Assembly: GCF_031769215.1 (NCBI RefSeq)
Contig: NW_026782275.1
Coordinates: forward strand, 496,001-560,000
DNA length: 64,000 nt
Origin: Ylistrum balloti
Lineage: Eukaryota
Direction of reading: 5' to 3'
The notes beneath the pieces are model-generated. The model saw only the letters and a program-made list of their open reading frames with translations. It was not told the origin of the DNA and did not search any database. Positions 23,905 through 37,170 of this stretch are shown piece by piece (position 1 is the first letter of the stretch; every line of letters starts with the position of its first letter). A program made the translations under genes and the position numbers.

Positions 23905-24250
23905 CTGAGGAGGTGGTGACACTACCTTCCTTTTTTTGAGGAGGTGGTGATACTACTACCTGCCTTTGTTTGAGGAGGTGGTGATACTACTACCTACCTT
24001 TGTTTGAGGAGGTGGTGATACTACTACCTACCGTTGTTTGAGGAGGTGGTGATACTACTACCTGCCTTTGTTTGAGGAGGTGATGACACTACCTACCTTT
24101 GTTTGAGGAGGTGGTGACACTACCTACCTTTGTTTGAGGAGGTGGTGAAACTGCATACCTTTGTTTGAGGGGGTGGTGACACTACCTACCTTTGTTTGAG
24201 GAGGTTGTGAAACTGCATACCTTTCTCTGAGGAGGAGGGGGTGATACTAT
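23905..24250. repeat. 32-35 bp tandem repeat (gaggaggtggtgatactactacctacctttgttt)n, ~10 copies
   Basis: Direct inspection. Confidence 0.9.
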
Positions 24251-26109
24251 ATGCCTCTATCTGATTTTAGAATTACATTCTGTCACCTAAATACTGGTAA
24301 ATGTATTCATAGAAAAAAAATACATATTTACATAACTGTAAATGTATCTGCATAATTGATGTTTAAAGATAAAGGAACAATTTCAAACTATATAAGTTAG
24401 TATATGTAGAAACAGGGCCCTGTTGATTGTTGAATATGATAAAATATTTACGGTAACTCACCTATCCTTGCAGAATTTTAAGGAATTCTATTAAAATGAC
24501 ATGACCTTTGTGTTATATGTATATATAAGTAGAGTGAAAACAATTCCTGATCATGGAGTATGTTGTCTTCCTATCAACATACAGAAACAGAAAAAAAAAT
24601 CCATCATGTCAACACAGTCTTTATTCAAACTTGAAATTTGATGAAACCAGGGCAAAATATGTATAAAAACTGGAAAAAGATTTATACAGAGAACTTTAAA
24701 AAAGGAGAATAAAACCAGGCATTTCAGAAGAGTTAATGGGTCTTTCACAACACCTACTATGTAATTTTTTTGTCAATCCAGGAAATATTGTCATATCCTC
24801 AAATAAGAACAAGGTAAATAACAACAGAACCACCAGGCATACTAACAAGCATCAAGTGTCAAGGACCGTTTTTAAAAAAGAAGGACATGTTTCTTTCGTA
24901 ATGACATGCATATAGTTGGAGTCTAGACTACTAAATTTCTGTACACATTTATAAACTTCCACATGGTTACCCTGTCAAGATTTGCGTTGTTTGGAGATCT
25001 TTGAAACAAAATCAAGAAGTTGTTCATTGTTACAATTGAGGTTAATCAGACTGGTTGTTATTAGTCCTTGGTCATATAGGCTGTAGAAATCGTATTTACA
25101 GGTATATAGCAAATTAGTCCCTGGTGTAGAAAGATCTTATTTCATTGATATTTTACATTTACTTACAGAGAAAATTTCAATAATCCTTCATCACCACCTC
25201 ATCAAAAGCAAAATGGAGGTGTTTGGTAATTCATTTATATGTCCAAATGGTTTTGGGTTACCCTAGTTTGTATACTTGTGGTCTATGTAGCCTGCTGGAG
25301 AAATACATCTGTGAGACACTGTGTTCTCTAGTAGTGTAGACATTTTAGGATTTTACACTAATGTTACATGGTTGTTTAGGATTCAACTTTCACAATCAAC
25401 TTGGTTGAATGATAAATACCATCACAACTCTGGATATTTCTAAAGGTTTTAATCACTAAATTCTTAAAAGTATTTCCTAAGTTGAAATTTCTTTAAAGGT
25501 AACATGTTCTTAAATGAAATATAAATTGAGACCAGATGAATGCAATGATATATACGTGTATCTTCCTATAAAACATGACTAAGAAAATTTTATTGTAATC
25601 AAATTTTCTACTGATGGATGTTAGATGGATATTGAATGGATATATATATATATCATATGTATGTTTATGTGCTAAAAGTTAATGGGTAGCCAGTTATCTT
25701 AGGAAAGAGTTATCTGCAGAAAAAATCATTGCATGTAATTCAAAGGTACATAGTTTGAGTGTAATTGAATTACATGCATATTTGCCTTTATGTTATGTAT
25801 CGGTATTAATTTAAGTGAGTAAGAAAAGATGGCATTTCTCCAGAATATAGGCTTTGATGATGACCACATGGAAGATAAACATATGACATGCTTTTAATGC
25901 ACTTAATCTGCTAGTTTTTATACCACCAAACAGACGATAGTCCTTTACCTTGCTTGTTCTCCCATGCTTCATTCTGCTACAGTTCTAAATATAGTCAGTT
26001 AGTTCCTGCCAGTGTTATCCTTGATGATAACTGAGTTTTGAACCTTTAGAACACAATATACAGTCAAACTTGTTTATAAAGACCACTGAAAGGTACAGAA
26101 AATAGTGGA

Positions 26110-26572
26110 TAGACAGGCTGAAGAGATGCTATTACTACAAATTGTACTACATTAGAACCCACACAGTCCTTGTAGAAAGATGGTCTATATTTTGAGGAGT
26201 GAATAGTCAGGGTGTAGAGATAATATTACTTCAAATTGTACTACATTAGAACCCACACGGTCCTTGTAGAAAGATGGTCTATATTTTGAGGAGTGAATAG
26301 TCAGGGTGTAGAGATAATATTACTTCAAAGTGTACTATATTAGAACCCACACAGTCCTTGTAGAAAGATGGTCTATATTTTGAGGAGAGAATAGGCAGGG
26401 TGAAGAGATGATACTACTACAAATTGTACTATATTAGAATCCACACAGTCCTTGTAGAAAGATGGTCTATATTTTGAGGAGAGAATAGTCAGGGTGTAGA
26501 GATGATATTACTACAAACTGTACTATATTAAAACCCACACAGTCCTTGCAAAAGGTGGTCTATATTTTGAGG
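26110..26572. repeat. 94-bp tandem repeat, ~5 copies
   Basis: caaa.tgtacta at 26138, 26232, 26326, 26420, 26514. Confidence 0.95.
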
Positions 26573-26989
26573 TACCGGTATGTAGCCTTTAAGACAGCTT
26601 TGACTGTATAGTGTTTTGTTTTATTTGTTGTTTGTTTCTTTTTTGAAGCTATAACCTTCAGGAACAAAGAACATTACGCAAGTATGCAAATTTGTCTTGT
26701 GTCAATGTTGTAATTATATATATACTAATGATTTCAGCACAGGGTATTACGAGTGTATTCTATAGCAAACAAGAATTACTTTTCACATTTAACTTAACAC
26801 CTTGAATATTAAATTTGGAAGACTACATGTCATTATAAAGATACGGCAATTGATCTATCTGTGTTTTGCAAAGGAATATCAACTCACTTCAGTAATAATG
26901 ACAAAAACATTCAATATATAAATGAAAGGTGAATGTGATAGGTTGTTCTGTTTGGCCTTAAACAGAAATGCCTGTACTCTTGTATGTTT

Positions 26990-28221
26990 GACAGTAGCTA
27001 TGTTTATTACAATGAACACTGTATCTAACATTTGTTTTGTTCTGTTTACTACAATGAACACGGCATCTAACATTTGTATTGTTCTGTTTACTACAATGAA
27101 CACGGCATCTAACTATTGTATTGTTCTGTTTACTACAATGAACACTGCATCTAACATTTGTATTGTTCTGTTTACTACAATGAACACGGCATCTAACTAT
27201 TGTATTGTTCTGTTTACTACAATGAACACGGCATCTAACTATTGTATTGTTCTGTTTACTACAATGAACACTGCATCTAACATTTGTATTGTTCTGTTTA
27301 CTACAATGAACACGGCATCTAACTATTGTATTGTTCTGTTTACTACAATGAACACGGCATCTAACTATTGTATTGTTCTGTTTACTACAATGAACACTGC
27401 ATCTAAATATTGTATTGTTCTGTTTACTACAATGAACACTACATCTAACATTTATATTGTTCTGTTCACCACAATGAACACTGCATCTAACTATTGTATT
27501 CTGTTTACTACAATGAACACTGCATCTAACATTTGTATTGTTCTGTTTACTACAATGAACACGGCATCTAAATATTGTATTGTTCTGTTTACTACAATGA
27601 ACACTGCATCTAACTATTGTATTGTTCTGTTTACTACAATGAACACTGCATCTAACATTTGTATTGTTCTGTTTACTGCAATGAACACTGCATCTAACTA
27701 TTGTATTGTTCTGTTTACTGCAATGAACACTGCATCTAACTATTGTATTGTTCTGTTTACTACAATGAACACTGCATCTAACTATTGTATTGTTCTGTTT
27801 ACTACAATGAACACTGCATCTAACATTTGTATTGTTCTGTTTACTACAATGAACACTGCATCTAACTATTGTATTGTTCTGTTTACTACAATGAACACTG
27901 CATCTAACATTTGTATTGTTCTGTTCACCACAATGAACACTGCATCTAACATTTGTATTGTTCTGTTTACTACAATGAACACTGTATCTAACATTTGTAT
28001 TGTTCTGTTTACTACAATGAACACGGCATCTAACTATTGTATTGTTCTGTTTACTACAATGAACACGGCATCTAACATTTGTATTGTTCTGTTCACCACA
28101 ATGAACTCTGCATCTAACTATTGTATTGTTCTGTTTACTACAATGAACACGGCATCTAACATTTGTATTGTTCTGTTCACCACAATGAACTCTGCATCTA
28201 ACTATTGTATTGTTCTGTTTA
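26990..28221. repeat. 42-bp minisatellite (ttgtattgttctgtttactacaatgaacactgcatctaac+ta/at)n, left part
   Basis: Period 27061 to 27103. The unit is a multiple of 3 and stop-free in one frame, which creates the spurious 439-aa ORF. Confidence 0.97.
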
Positions 28222-29385
28222 CCGTAAATATTCGCGTCTAGTGCACACTTTTTTAAGCTGAAACTGTCGTGTCAAAAAGGGGGTGCGCACTATACGCAGG
28301 TACATGCCATTCCTGGGGTTATCATTCCCGAGTTCTGCATCTGCCATATTGGATTACCTCCCTTCACATAGTTATATGTAAAAGTCGTCGGTCTTATATG
28401 ATATTTTGGAGATAAAAACAACAAAAAAATAAAATGTTTTAATCATCTGCCATTCACGCTAGCAGTACGGTGAATCAAATTTTTTTTTCGTTTCCCGTCA
28501 TTTTGATGTTGTATCTGTGGAATTCAATGAATCCGAAAGATTTTAGGCGATTTTCGTTCTGTTCATAAATCGGACAGCCCATCCCACCGATGCCCAAAGT
28601 TGGTGACCCCATGATCTCTCTTGATCTGCATGGCCCGCACGCGCAGTTCTGTTGTACTGGCAGCGATGCCAGGATATCGGCGATTGCATACAAAGTTGAA
28701 CAGCTCTCTCTCTCTCCATCTCTGGGTGTTTCGCTGTCGCACCTATGTCAGCCCTTCTGGTCAGTGGTTGGGACTTTAAACGGTCTTTTCTTTCTTCCGT
28801 GCCTTGATATTTCACTCTGGAATGTCGAAGTGGCGACCGGCGGCACGAAACTCCAGTCTCTCGGTGTAGTCAAATGGCGTTCGCAGTTTCCCCATGTCGA
28901 AGTCGGTGTAAACAATCTATCATTAAATACCTTTGGATACCTCGGTGGGTACAGATACCATGAAAGATCATACCTATACTGAACAAACCACCTGCTTTTA
29001 TGGGGACAAGGTAGGATTGAAAATGTTCAGACAGTTAAAACAACATCGTTTTCTGACCAATAGTACGCGTTCAGCCCAAGCCGGGTGTCATCAGTCTCGT
29101 CATACTCAACGTGTTAACTGTCATGAACCATTAATTATACAATCAGCCAAGCCTTTCATGCTTGGTAGGTCACCTGGGTAAATTTGTTTACTTAAGGTAA
29201 TTACATGTGTTAGGGTCACGCTCATTGTGGTTTCCTAATTATCAATGGATCAGACCACATCAAATGTTTCGTCGCAGTGACCAGTCAATTAATTTTTCTG
29301 TAGATTTTTTTTTTTTTTAAAATCTGATCTCCAAAAAGTACCTGCGCACTATACGCGAGTGCGCACTATACGCGAATATTTACGG
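28222..29385 (-). mobile_element. 1164-bp non-autonomous pogo-type (Tc1/mariner superfamily) DNA transposon
   Basis: TIRs CCGTAAATATTCGCGT(C/A)TAGTGC. TA target duplication at 28220-21 and 29386-87 restores the repeat unit gttctgttTActacaatg. Subterminal gtgcgcactatacgc repeats occur at both ends. Confidence 0.95.
28555..28895 (-). pseudogene. Frameshifted remnant of pogo transposase N-terminal DNA-binding region (Brinker/psq-like HTH and CENP-B/Tc5 HTH)
   Basis: Stitched minus-strand frames give RAAGRHFDIPE*NIK, then KHPEMERE/LFNFVCNRRYPGIAASTTELRVRAMQIKRDHGVTN/ASVGWAVRFMNR (compare FKASxGWxxRF). No DDE domain is retained. Confidence 0.8.
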
Positions 29386-30090
29386 TACTACAATGAACAC
29401 TGTATCTAACTATTGTATTGTTTTGTTTACTACAATGAACACTGCATCTAACTACTGTATTGTTCTGTTTACTACAATGAACACTGCATCTAACAATTGT
29501 ATTGTTCTGTTTGCTACAATGAACACGGCATCTAACATTTGTATTGTTCTGTTTACTACAATGAACACTGCATCTAAATATTGTATTGTTCTGTTTACTA
29601 CAATGAACACTGCATCTAACATTTGTATTGTTCTGTTTACTACAATGAACACTGCATCTAACATTTGTATTGTTCTGTTTACTACAATGAACACTGCATC
29701 TAAATATTGTATTGTTTTGTTCACCACAATGAACACTGCATCTAACTATTGTATTGTTCTGTTTTTTACAATGAACACTACATCTAACTATTGTATTGTT
29801 CTGTTTACTACAATGAACACTGCATCTAACAATTGTATTGTTCTGTTTACTACAATGAACACTGCATCTAACAATTGTATTGTTCTGTTTACTACAATGA
29901 ACACGGCATCTAACATTTGTATTGTTCTGTTTACTACAATGAACACTGCATCTAAATATTGTATTGTTTTGTTCACCACAATGAACACTGCATCTAACTA
30001 TTGTATTGTTCTGTTTTTTACAATGAACACTACATCTAACTATTGTATTGTTCTGTTTACTACAATGAACACTGCATCTAACATTTGTGT
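29386..30090. repeat. 42-bp minisatellite, right part
   Basis: Same unit resumes directly after the transposon TA. Confidence 0.97.
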
Positions 30091-30202
30091 TATGTTCTGG
30101 TTGTGGCCATGTTGAGAACGTCTGACTTATCCTTATCGCTGCAAAAGTAAAACATTATGTGATACAACTTTATATAGTATCATTTAGTATCAACTCCTGT
30201 TA

Positions 30203-30475
30203 CTCTCGTGTGCCAAATAAAAGTACGGGGCGGAATAAAAGTACAGGGGACATCTATTTATACCTCTGATGCTACAGGTCACCAGTTACGGGGGTTGGCA
30301 ATGGAGTTTTCCTTGGGAAAGAACATTGATTTTTTTTCAACTGTGGCGCGGTAGGCGAAGCTCGCCTGCGAGCTGATTTTTTACAAGATTTTTCAAAAAA
30401 CGTACAGACCCAAATAAACATTGTACAGGGCGGATTTTTTCCCAGAAAAAAATAAACGTATTTGGCACAAGAGAG
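30203..30475. mobile_element. 273-bp MITE with TA target duplication
   Basis: TA|CTCTCGTGTGCCAAATA ... TATTTGGCACAAGAGAG|TA; 16 of 17 TIR bases match. Internal aataaaagtac.gggg repeats. Confidence 0.88.
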
Positions 30476-30664
30476 TATGTACAAACATATTTTGTATGGT
30501 ATTTTATGGCAATAAGGCCTTGCCTGGTAATAAGCCCACCCTTGAATATTGCTATTCAGTATGATTACATAATTAATATAATCTCTGGTCTTGTATGCTG
30601 ATCACAAAATATGTACTTGTTTATATTATTGAATGAAATAATGTTAAACAGTTTAATTAATGCT

Positions 30665-30845
30665 GTTGTAATAAGCCCACCCCTTGATTTTGAATTAGAA
30701 GTGTTTAATTGGCCCCTGAGGTCCTGTGATAAGCTTACCCCTGACTCTGAGTCAAAGGTTGTGTGTTGATCCCCTGAAGTCCTGTGATAAGCCCACCTCC
30801 TGACTTTGAGTAAGAAGTATTGTGTTGGCCCATGAGGTCCTGTGT
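30665..30845. mobile_element. Fragment of a MITE family with ~60-bp internal tandem cores, related to 34783-35088
   Basis: Shares taataagcccaccc and gtgttggccc.tgaggtcctgtgataagc units with the 34.8-kb copy. Confidence 0.6.
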
Positions 30846-31844
30846 TCTTTCACTAATATCCAGATAAACATATATTTTTTTACTAGATATTGTTATTCTT
30901 AAAACTGTTGTGATCATATAACTAAAAAGGAATTGCCACCAAAGGTTCAGTGCTAGAAGAAAACGCTGTCATGTTATCGCTTTTTGACAGCTGTATATTT
31001 TTTATCAGTAATTGGTATTATAAGACTGGATTGTATTTTCATACTTTCAATACAAAGACCAATAGTAATTACATAGCTGTTGGTATTAACAGGCGTAAAT
31101 ATCTCAATAGACCACAAGTTACATTATGGCCATCAATACAGAGAAAAGTTGATACTGGTATTAACAAACTACCACATTATGATGTAATACACTTGATAAG
31201 ATAAGGGGAGATAACAAATATTTAAAAAGTATATATACTTGAAACATTCAGTAACACAAGGACAGATAACATATATATATATATATATTTATATATATTC
31301 AGTAACACAAGGGGAGACAGCATTTTTTCAGTATTGTCCTCTATATAAGAAGACTATCAAATTGTTGGCACATTATTTTTTTGCAAGTCTTTTTGAAATT
31401 TTGTTGTTAATGACCAGAAAGAATTATTGAGTGTAGTGTTTAGTGTAGAACACTATGGATTTTTTATTTGGACTCAAGATTAAAAAAATATGTCGGATGT
31501 AGCCTGCTGTGACTGTCATTTATGATTCCTATGTCACGTCATACATCAGGAAAAATACGATAAAAGATGACTCTATTTGACTGGATCCTGAGGTTAATGT
31601 AAATAAATGATATAGAAGCCCAGAAATAAAAAAAGTTACAAGCATAATATAGCATGTTCTACAGAGTGTATGTCAGACTTAGGATCAGATATAAGACTGT
31701 AAAGTCTGGTTATGGCCTTAAGCAAAGTTTTCTCCAAGTTGTATGCAACTTACCAGATGTTTACAAAACTAACTTATTATCAGATGTACATAAGGTTGTT
31801 TATTACTTTATGATTTCAGTGATATGTCCTCTTTGTATTTACAG

Positions 31845-32046
31845 TGTACACATACTGAGTGGCAGTCATTTTCTACAGACCTTCCTTCACATGGTACAAG
31901 TATTTGTCAGCTATTGCCTCATGTTGGTGTTCATGACATACAATGCCTGGCTCTGTATAGCTGTCATTCTTGGAGCTGCTGCAGGCTACTTCCTGTTTGG
32001 CTGGCGCCGGTCAATTGTGGTGGATCTTAACGAACATTGCCATTAG
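31845..32046 (+). CDS. SLC31A1: CTR1 last coding exon: (S)[66 protein letters not shown]
   Basis: tatttacAG acceptor, phase 2. Contains MxxxM (MLVFM) in TM2, GxxxG (GAAAG) in TM3 and the C-terminal HCH. Total CDS 174+70+184+202 = 630 nt. Confidence 0.97.
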
Positions 32047-34782
32047 CTTCCGGGAACAATCAATGCTTCCAAGTTGTGATTATAATTATCTATTGTTTTG
32101 ACATTGTAGATTTTACTAAGAGAAAAATCTTTATGATGATGAAAATGTATCACAAGAAAGATACTTCAGAAATCATTTATGGTGTTTAATGGGAACAGAT
32201 ATGGGGTGAATCTGTGGGTCAGGGTTATTGATGATAAAAATGGGAAAGGAAAATGTGTTCATGATATAGTGAGGGTTTTAGTTTTGAACAAAGGGATGGA
32301 TTGAAAGGATGAGTGTTAAATTGGTGATAATTTGTGACTGAGGGAGTGTTTTGTAGCGGCGGAATAGTTTTGTGTTGTTTTGTATAATATTTTAATCAAA
32401 TATTTCAAATATCATAAGAGCCAGAATTAATGTAGTTTTGGTAGAAGATGTATCAGAATGTTATTGGAAACTAGACATTTGATGAGTTGCATTTGTTACA
32501 GGAAATGCTTCCTAGATATGTGATAGAGTGCAAGATTACATAGAAATGCATTGTTTAACAATGCTGAGGTACATTTCTTGAAAAATATATTTTTATGAAA
32601 AACCAAAACATGTAAAATAATATGATATTGCAAACACTTAGATTTTTATATTTGATTTCATCTTTTTGTTTTCTTCATGCTTTGAATTGCTATGTAGAAC
32701 TCTGATATAAACAAACTTTCATGAAGCTTGTGGTGTCACCTCCAGTTTCAAGAATAAATGTGAATTATATGACAGGTTGTACTAAAAGTACAGATGATAT
32801 ATATAATGTACTGGTAACTTTAACCATGTAATTTACTTAATGTATAGTGACTACTTAAATTTACTGTCCTTCATACACTATTTTTTTTTTTTTTCAAGAA
32901 ATGAAATAATTAACAAGTTGTACACATATCTCATTTAAATGACATATACTCAGTTTCTAATGTGCAGATACATTGTTAATGTCATCTATTCTCTGCCAAT
33001 TGGATATTGATACTTAATACTGTATAGGTTTTCACTTGGATCACATCTTGTGTTCTTCAGTATTATATCAAGAGTTATGGCCCTTATAGATTTAAATTAT
33101 ACCAAATTTCCAAGGTTTGGGACAAATGTTAGGGAGTTTATGTCAAGTTCCAGAATAGGGTGAAAACAGATTACTATCAACTATAATTGTAGAATATATG
33201 GATGAAAAAAGTAGTTTCTGGAAAATATGTAAAGTGACACTGACAGGACACTGAGTTTTATCCACTGGCTATAAATGATGAGGAGATCTTGTGAAATATG
33301 CTTATATATTCTTGAAATTGATGATATTTTATTTGATCCAGAAATGATGAATTACGGAACATGAAACAGTATTTTTATTGTCATTGACTCACACAGCCTA
33401 AGACTTCTTCCAGTAGAGGAAAACCTTACCTGCTTCCAGGCGGACAATCCATTTAATGAAATAATGGAAATATTTCAAATTTATCAGAATCACTTGTACA
33501 TTACACATTGACTTAGATTACTTGATATTCATTTACAAATTCACATTGTTTTCAAAAACAGCGATTTGCATGTAAAAGCAGGCAAAGATTCACAGAATTA
33601 TTTGTATAGCTTTCAATGCAAGAATTGTATTAATGTACGCATTAGTGATGTTTAGTATTTTGTTTATATAAAAAGGATTCACTAGCGGTATATTTTTTTA
33701 TTCACATTTTTGTATATTAAGCATTATGTTATTTCATCAACTATATGTTTGATATAGTTAGATGACATGTACATATAAATTGTTTTTTGTCTTTCCTTCA
33801 GAAATGTTCATTTTCATTTTTATTTCCACTTTGATTGATATGCAGCGAATTCTGCGAAGACTGACCTGATTAGCTCTCTCTAAAATGAACACAATATATT
33901 AGCACCAATTAAAAAAAAATTGGATTATACAGGTTCATTGTGTAACAGAATTAATGAGATACAACCAGCATGTGAGTTTGTTGTATCCTTCCCTAAACAG
34001 CTACACACACTCTCTCTCTCGAGCAATATATAACTGGAGTTTTCCATCATCTAACTAATAGTGGATATTCAGATAAGACAGCAGTTTTGAACATAAGTAT
34101 CAACCTGCTGAAAATATTGATGGAGAAAATTTGGTATGATGCTTTATTTATATATTTATAATTTTATTTGTAAATTTTGGAGCAATACTACTTTAAGGTT
34201 GACTAGAATACGAGGAATTATATCCCTTGTATGTCAGTTGTATGTAACTTATTGAACTATTAATAGGAAAGTAGGCTCTACTTAAACAATTTTTTCTAGA
34301 GTTTTTAATTTCTTTAAACTCTGAAAAAAGTAGAAATTGTTACATTTTTGAAAAGCTGAAAATATTGCTTTGTTAGATGAAAGATTTTTGAAAAAAATTA
34401 TCCATTCATCATAAACTTGAAAGAAATCTTTATCTCTTACTGAAATGTTTTTGATGCAGAAGAGTGTGAGTTCAGATTTCTGGTTTAAATCTTTATTGTC
34501 TGTTTTTACAAAGTGATTTCTCAAAAAAAAAAAAATGGTCATATGTTTGACAGTGAAGGAGATTGTAACAGGTTTCTAATACTATTTTATTACAGTATTG
34601 ATGGGTGGAATCACGTCTTATCTGATGAATGCATTTGACATTTGGCTTCAAATGTAAATGATGTTACGTAAACACTATATAAGAGTATAATTAAACAGAA
34701 TAAGCTGGTCATATTTACTGTATTTACACAGCAATAACCCTATGTCTCAACAATAACACATATATATATCACTTTCCTGTGT

Positions 34783-35088
34783 TCCTGCAATAAGCCCACC
34801 CTCTAATTTTGAGTCAAAGTTATGTGTTGAAGCCTGAGTTCCTGTGATAAGCTAGTCCCTGATTTTGAGTCAGAGGTAAAGTGTTGGCCCTTGAGGTCCT
34901 GTGATAAGCTTGTCCCTGACCTTGAGTCAGAGGTAATGTGTTGGCAGCTGAGGTCCTGTGATAAACCCAATCCCTGACTTCGTGTAAGAAGTAATGTGTT
35001 GGCCCCTGATGTCCTGTAATAAGCTATACCAACTCTGAGTCAAAGGTAAAGTGTTGACCCCTGGGCTTATTGCAGGATCAGTATGGTA
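34783..35088. mobile_element. MITE-like element with a perfect 16-bp inverted repeat and ~60-bp internal tandem cores
   Basis: tcctgcaataagccca (34783-98) and tgggcttattgcagga (35062-77). The right end tatggTA resembles the tacggTA of CCGTA-ended elements. Confidence 0.7.
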
Positions 35089-35575
35089 ATCACGGTTAGA
35101 TTCACTTTGCATGCTCACTAAATAGAAAACTAACCAATTAATGAAATGTTCACTTAAACAATAGAGAGTGCTGGTGTTCATGGCGTTCTTGTGTATTTAT
35201 GTTGCAAGAGGATCCACTTCAGTTAACTATGGATCTGCCTTTGAACATCGTATAACTATGTACAGATGTAGACAATAACTGCAACATGACAATACCAGTA
35301 CATTGTTCTATTATAATATGTTGGACAACAACATGAGGATATTATTAATTTCAGTGCAATAGTTAATTTCTTTTGTCTCAGAAACACATAATTTTAACAA
35401 TGTCTGATCCAATTACATTAGTTTAACGAATAAGTTATAACAGACACCAAGCTCCAGTAATACAAAATATGTAACATAGCCATTACTTTTGATAATGGAG
35501 GTTTCCGGTATTTTTTAATTGGTATGTAAAACCGAGGAACCAGTGGATGATCCTATATCACTTTCTATGTAATCT

Positions 35576-35693
35576 AAAGTATTTCTTTATATTTCATGAT
35601 GGTGTAGCAGTACTCAGACGAGTTCCTCCCATGTTGTCAAAAGTATTTCTTTATATCTCATGATGGTGATAACATACTTAGACGAGTTCCTCA
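35576..35693. repeat. 64-bp tandem duplication
   Basis: aaagtatttctttatat.tcatgatggtg...agacgagttcctc at 35576 and 35640. Confidence 0.85.
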
Positions 35694-36819
35694 AATGATC
35701 AGTACACAGGTTTTATTGTAATGTCACTACCAAGCAGAAATAGTCACTGGGAATATTTAAGAACTTTACCATTATATTTCTGTATACAGATTTCTTCATT
35801 TATTGAAATGTTCATTCAACATGCCCGTTCCATTCCAGCGTTTTGAAATAACAGTTGTATCAGATTTCACCCTTGTCAGTCAACCATATGAGTTTTTTCA
35901 AAGATTCAGACAGTAATCATTTATGATGCTTTGTGTTTAGGCAAAACTTTTTCAAGCTTCTTAAAAGTTCATCAATTTAGACCAAGATGGTGCGGATAGT
36001 GTTATTTTTTGTTGTAATGTCTCCGGTACTTTCTAAAATTCTGTTATCTCAATTTTGGGTGAAGATATGAAATATAGAAGTATAATCCTGTTCTGATCAT
36101 TCTCTTCGAAAATTGTTAGACTGGATTTATTTTTCTGAGAGTCCTTTGCTGTTGTATTCAAACTTTCAATCTTGTCCAGTTTTAAATTTCTCTCTTAAAA
36201 AAAACGGAGGAATTATTATAATAGCACCTGAAGTTCTGTTTTCTGACTGGCATTTTGATTGGAAAATTATCATAAAATATTGTTATATATCATATTTTCA
36301 TGCATTTTGGTACAAAATTATACTTCACACACATATTACTCTTCCCTGTAGTTATACGGATTCTTCAATGTCACTGAAATCCAAACAGATACAGGACAAG
36401 ACCATGCTGTTTACTTCGAAGTGTTTGATAATAGGCATCATATGTTTTAAGAATGGGATCATTTCTGAAACGATATTTTTTATTTATATTATTGATTTTA
36501 AAAGCTGTCCAATCAAAACTTGTTACTGGATAAACCAATCATAATACAAAGAAAGGTTTCCTTGTTGATGAGTGGGCATTCCTGTTTCACAAGACTCTTG
36601 ATTTATAAGAAATAATTTCTTTTTACTGCTAAAAGTTAATTTTGTGTTAATAATTTTTTGTTTAATTTGTATGGTTCATGTTGCAGGATTTTGTTGATTA
36701 TGTTATAACATATGTCTCATATATAAAATGAATATATTGAAACAGACCAAGCCTTTTTCTTACTGACATGTTGAGTTTACTACAAGGAAGTGATAGAGAC
36801 TTCTGTACATACAAAAACT

Positions 36820-37170
36820 TTATATAAAACCTGTAAAACTTTTGAGAACTTTCATCTTAAAAACTTTAAATTGAAAGCATTCACTTTGAAGACTTCTAAC
36901 TGAGCGTCTTGATATAAACCTGAAAGACTTTTGAGAACCTTCACCTTGGACTTTTAATTAATAGCCTTCACCTTAAAGACTTGTAATCTAGAGTTTCACC
37001 TTAGACTTTTAATTGAGTTTCACATTAAAGACTTTTAATTGAGAGCATTCACTTTGAAGACTTCTAACTGAGCGTCTTGATATAAAACTGTAAGACTTTT
37101 AAGATCCTTCACATTAAAGACTTAATCAAGAGCATTCACTATAAAGGCTTCAAACCGAGCGCCTTCACAG
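36820..37170. repeat. Degenerate short-unit repeat (aagactttt...gagcattcactttgaagacttctaactgagcgtcttgatataa)
   Basis: A ~60-bp block occurs at ~36875 and ~37040, embedded in ~20-bp degenerate units. Confidence 0.7.

Noticed and set aside
26922-28241. 439-aa ORF (and 240-aa ORF 29393-30115 plus antisense ORFs) as protein-coding genes
   Set aside because: Translation of a 42-bp minisatellite whose unit is stop-free in that frame; it lies in a CTR1 intron and is interrupted by a transposon.
28590-29181. Plus-strand ORFs 28590-28982 and 28933-29181
   Set aside because: Antisense to or beside the pogo transposase remnant; the meaningful frames are on the minus strand.
31819-31844. Alternative CTR1 acceptor tttcAG at 31817-31818 and ORF 31824-32030
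   Set aside because: It is 26 nt upstream of the true acceptor and would shift the frame and lose MxxxM, GxxxG and HCH.
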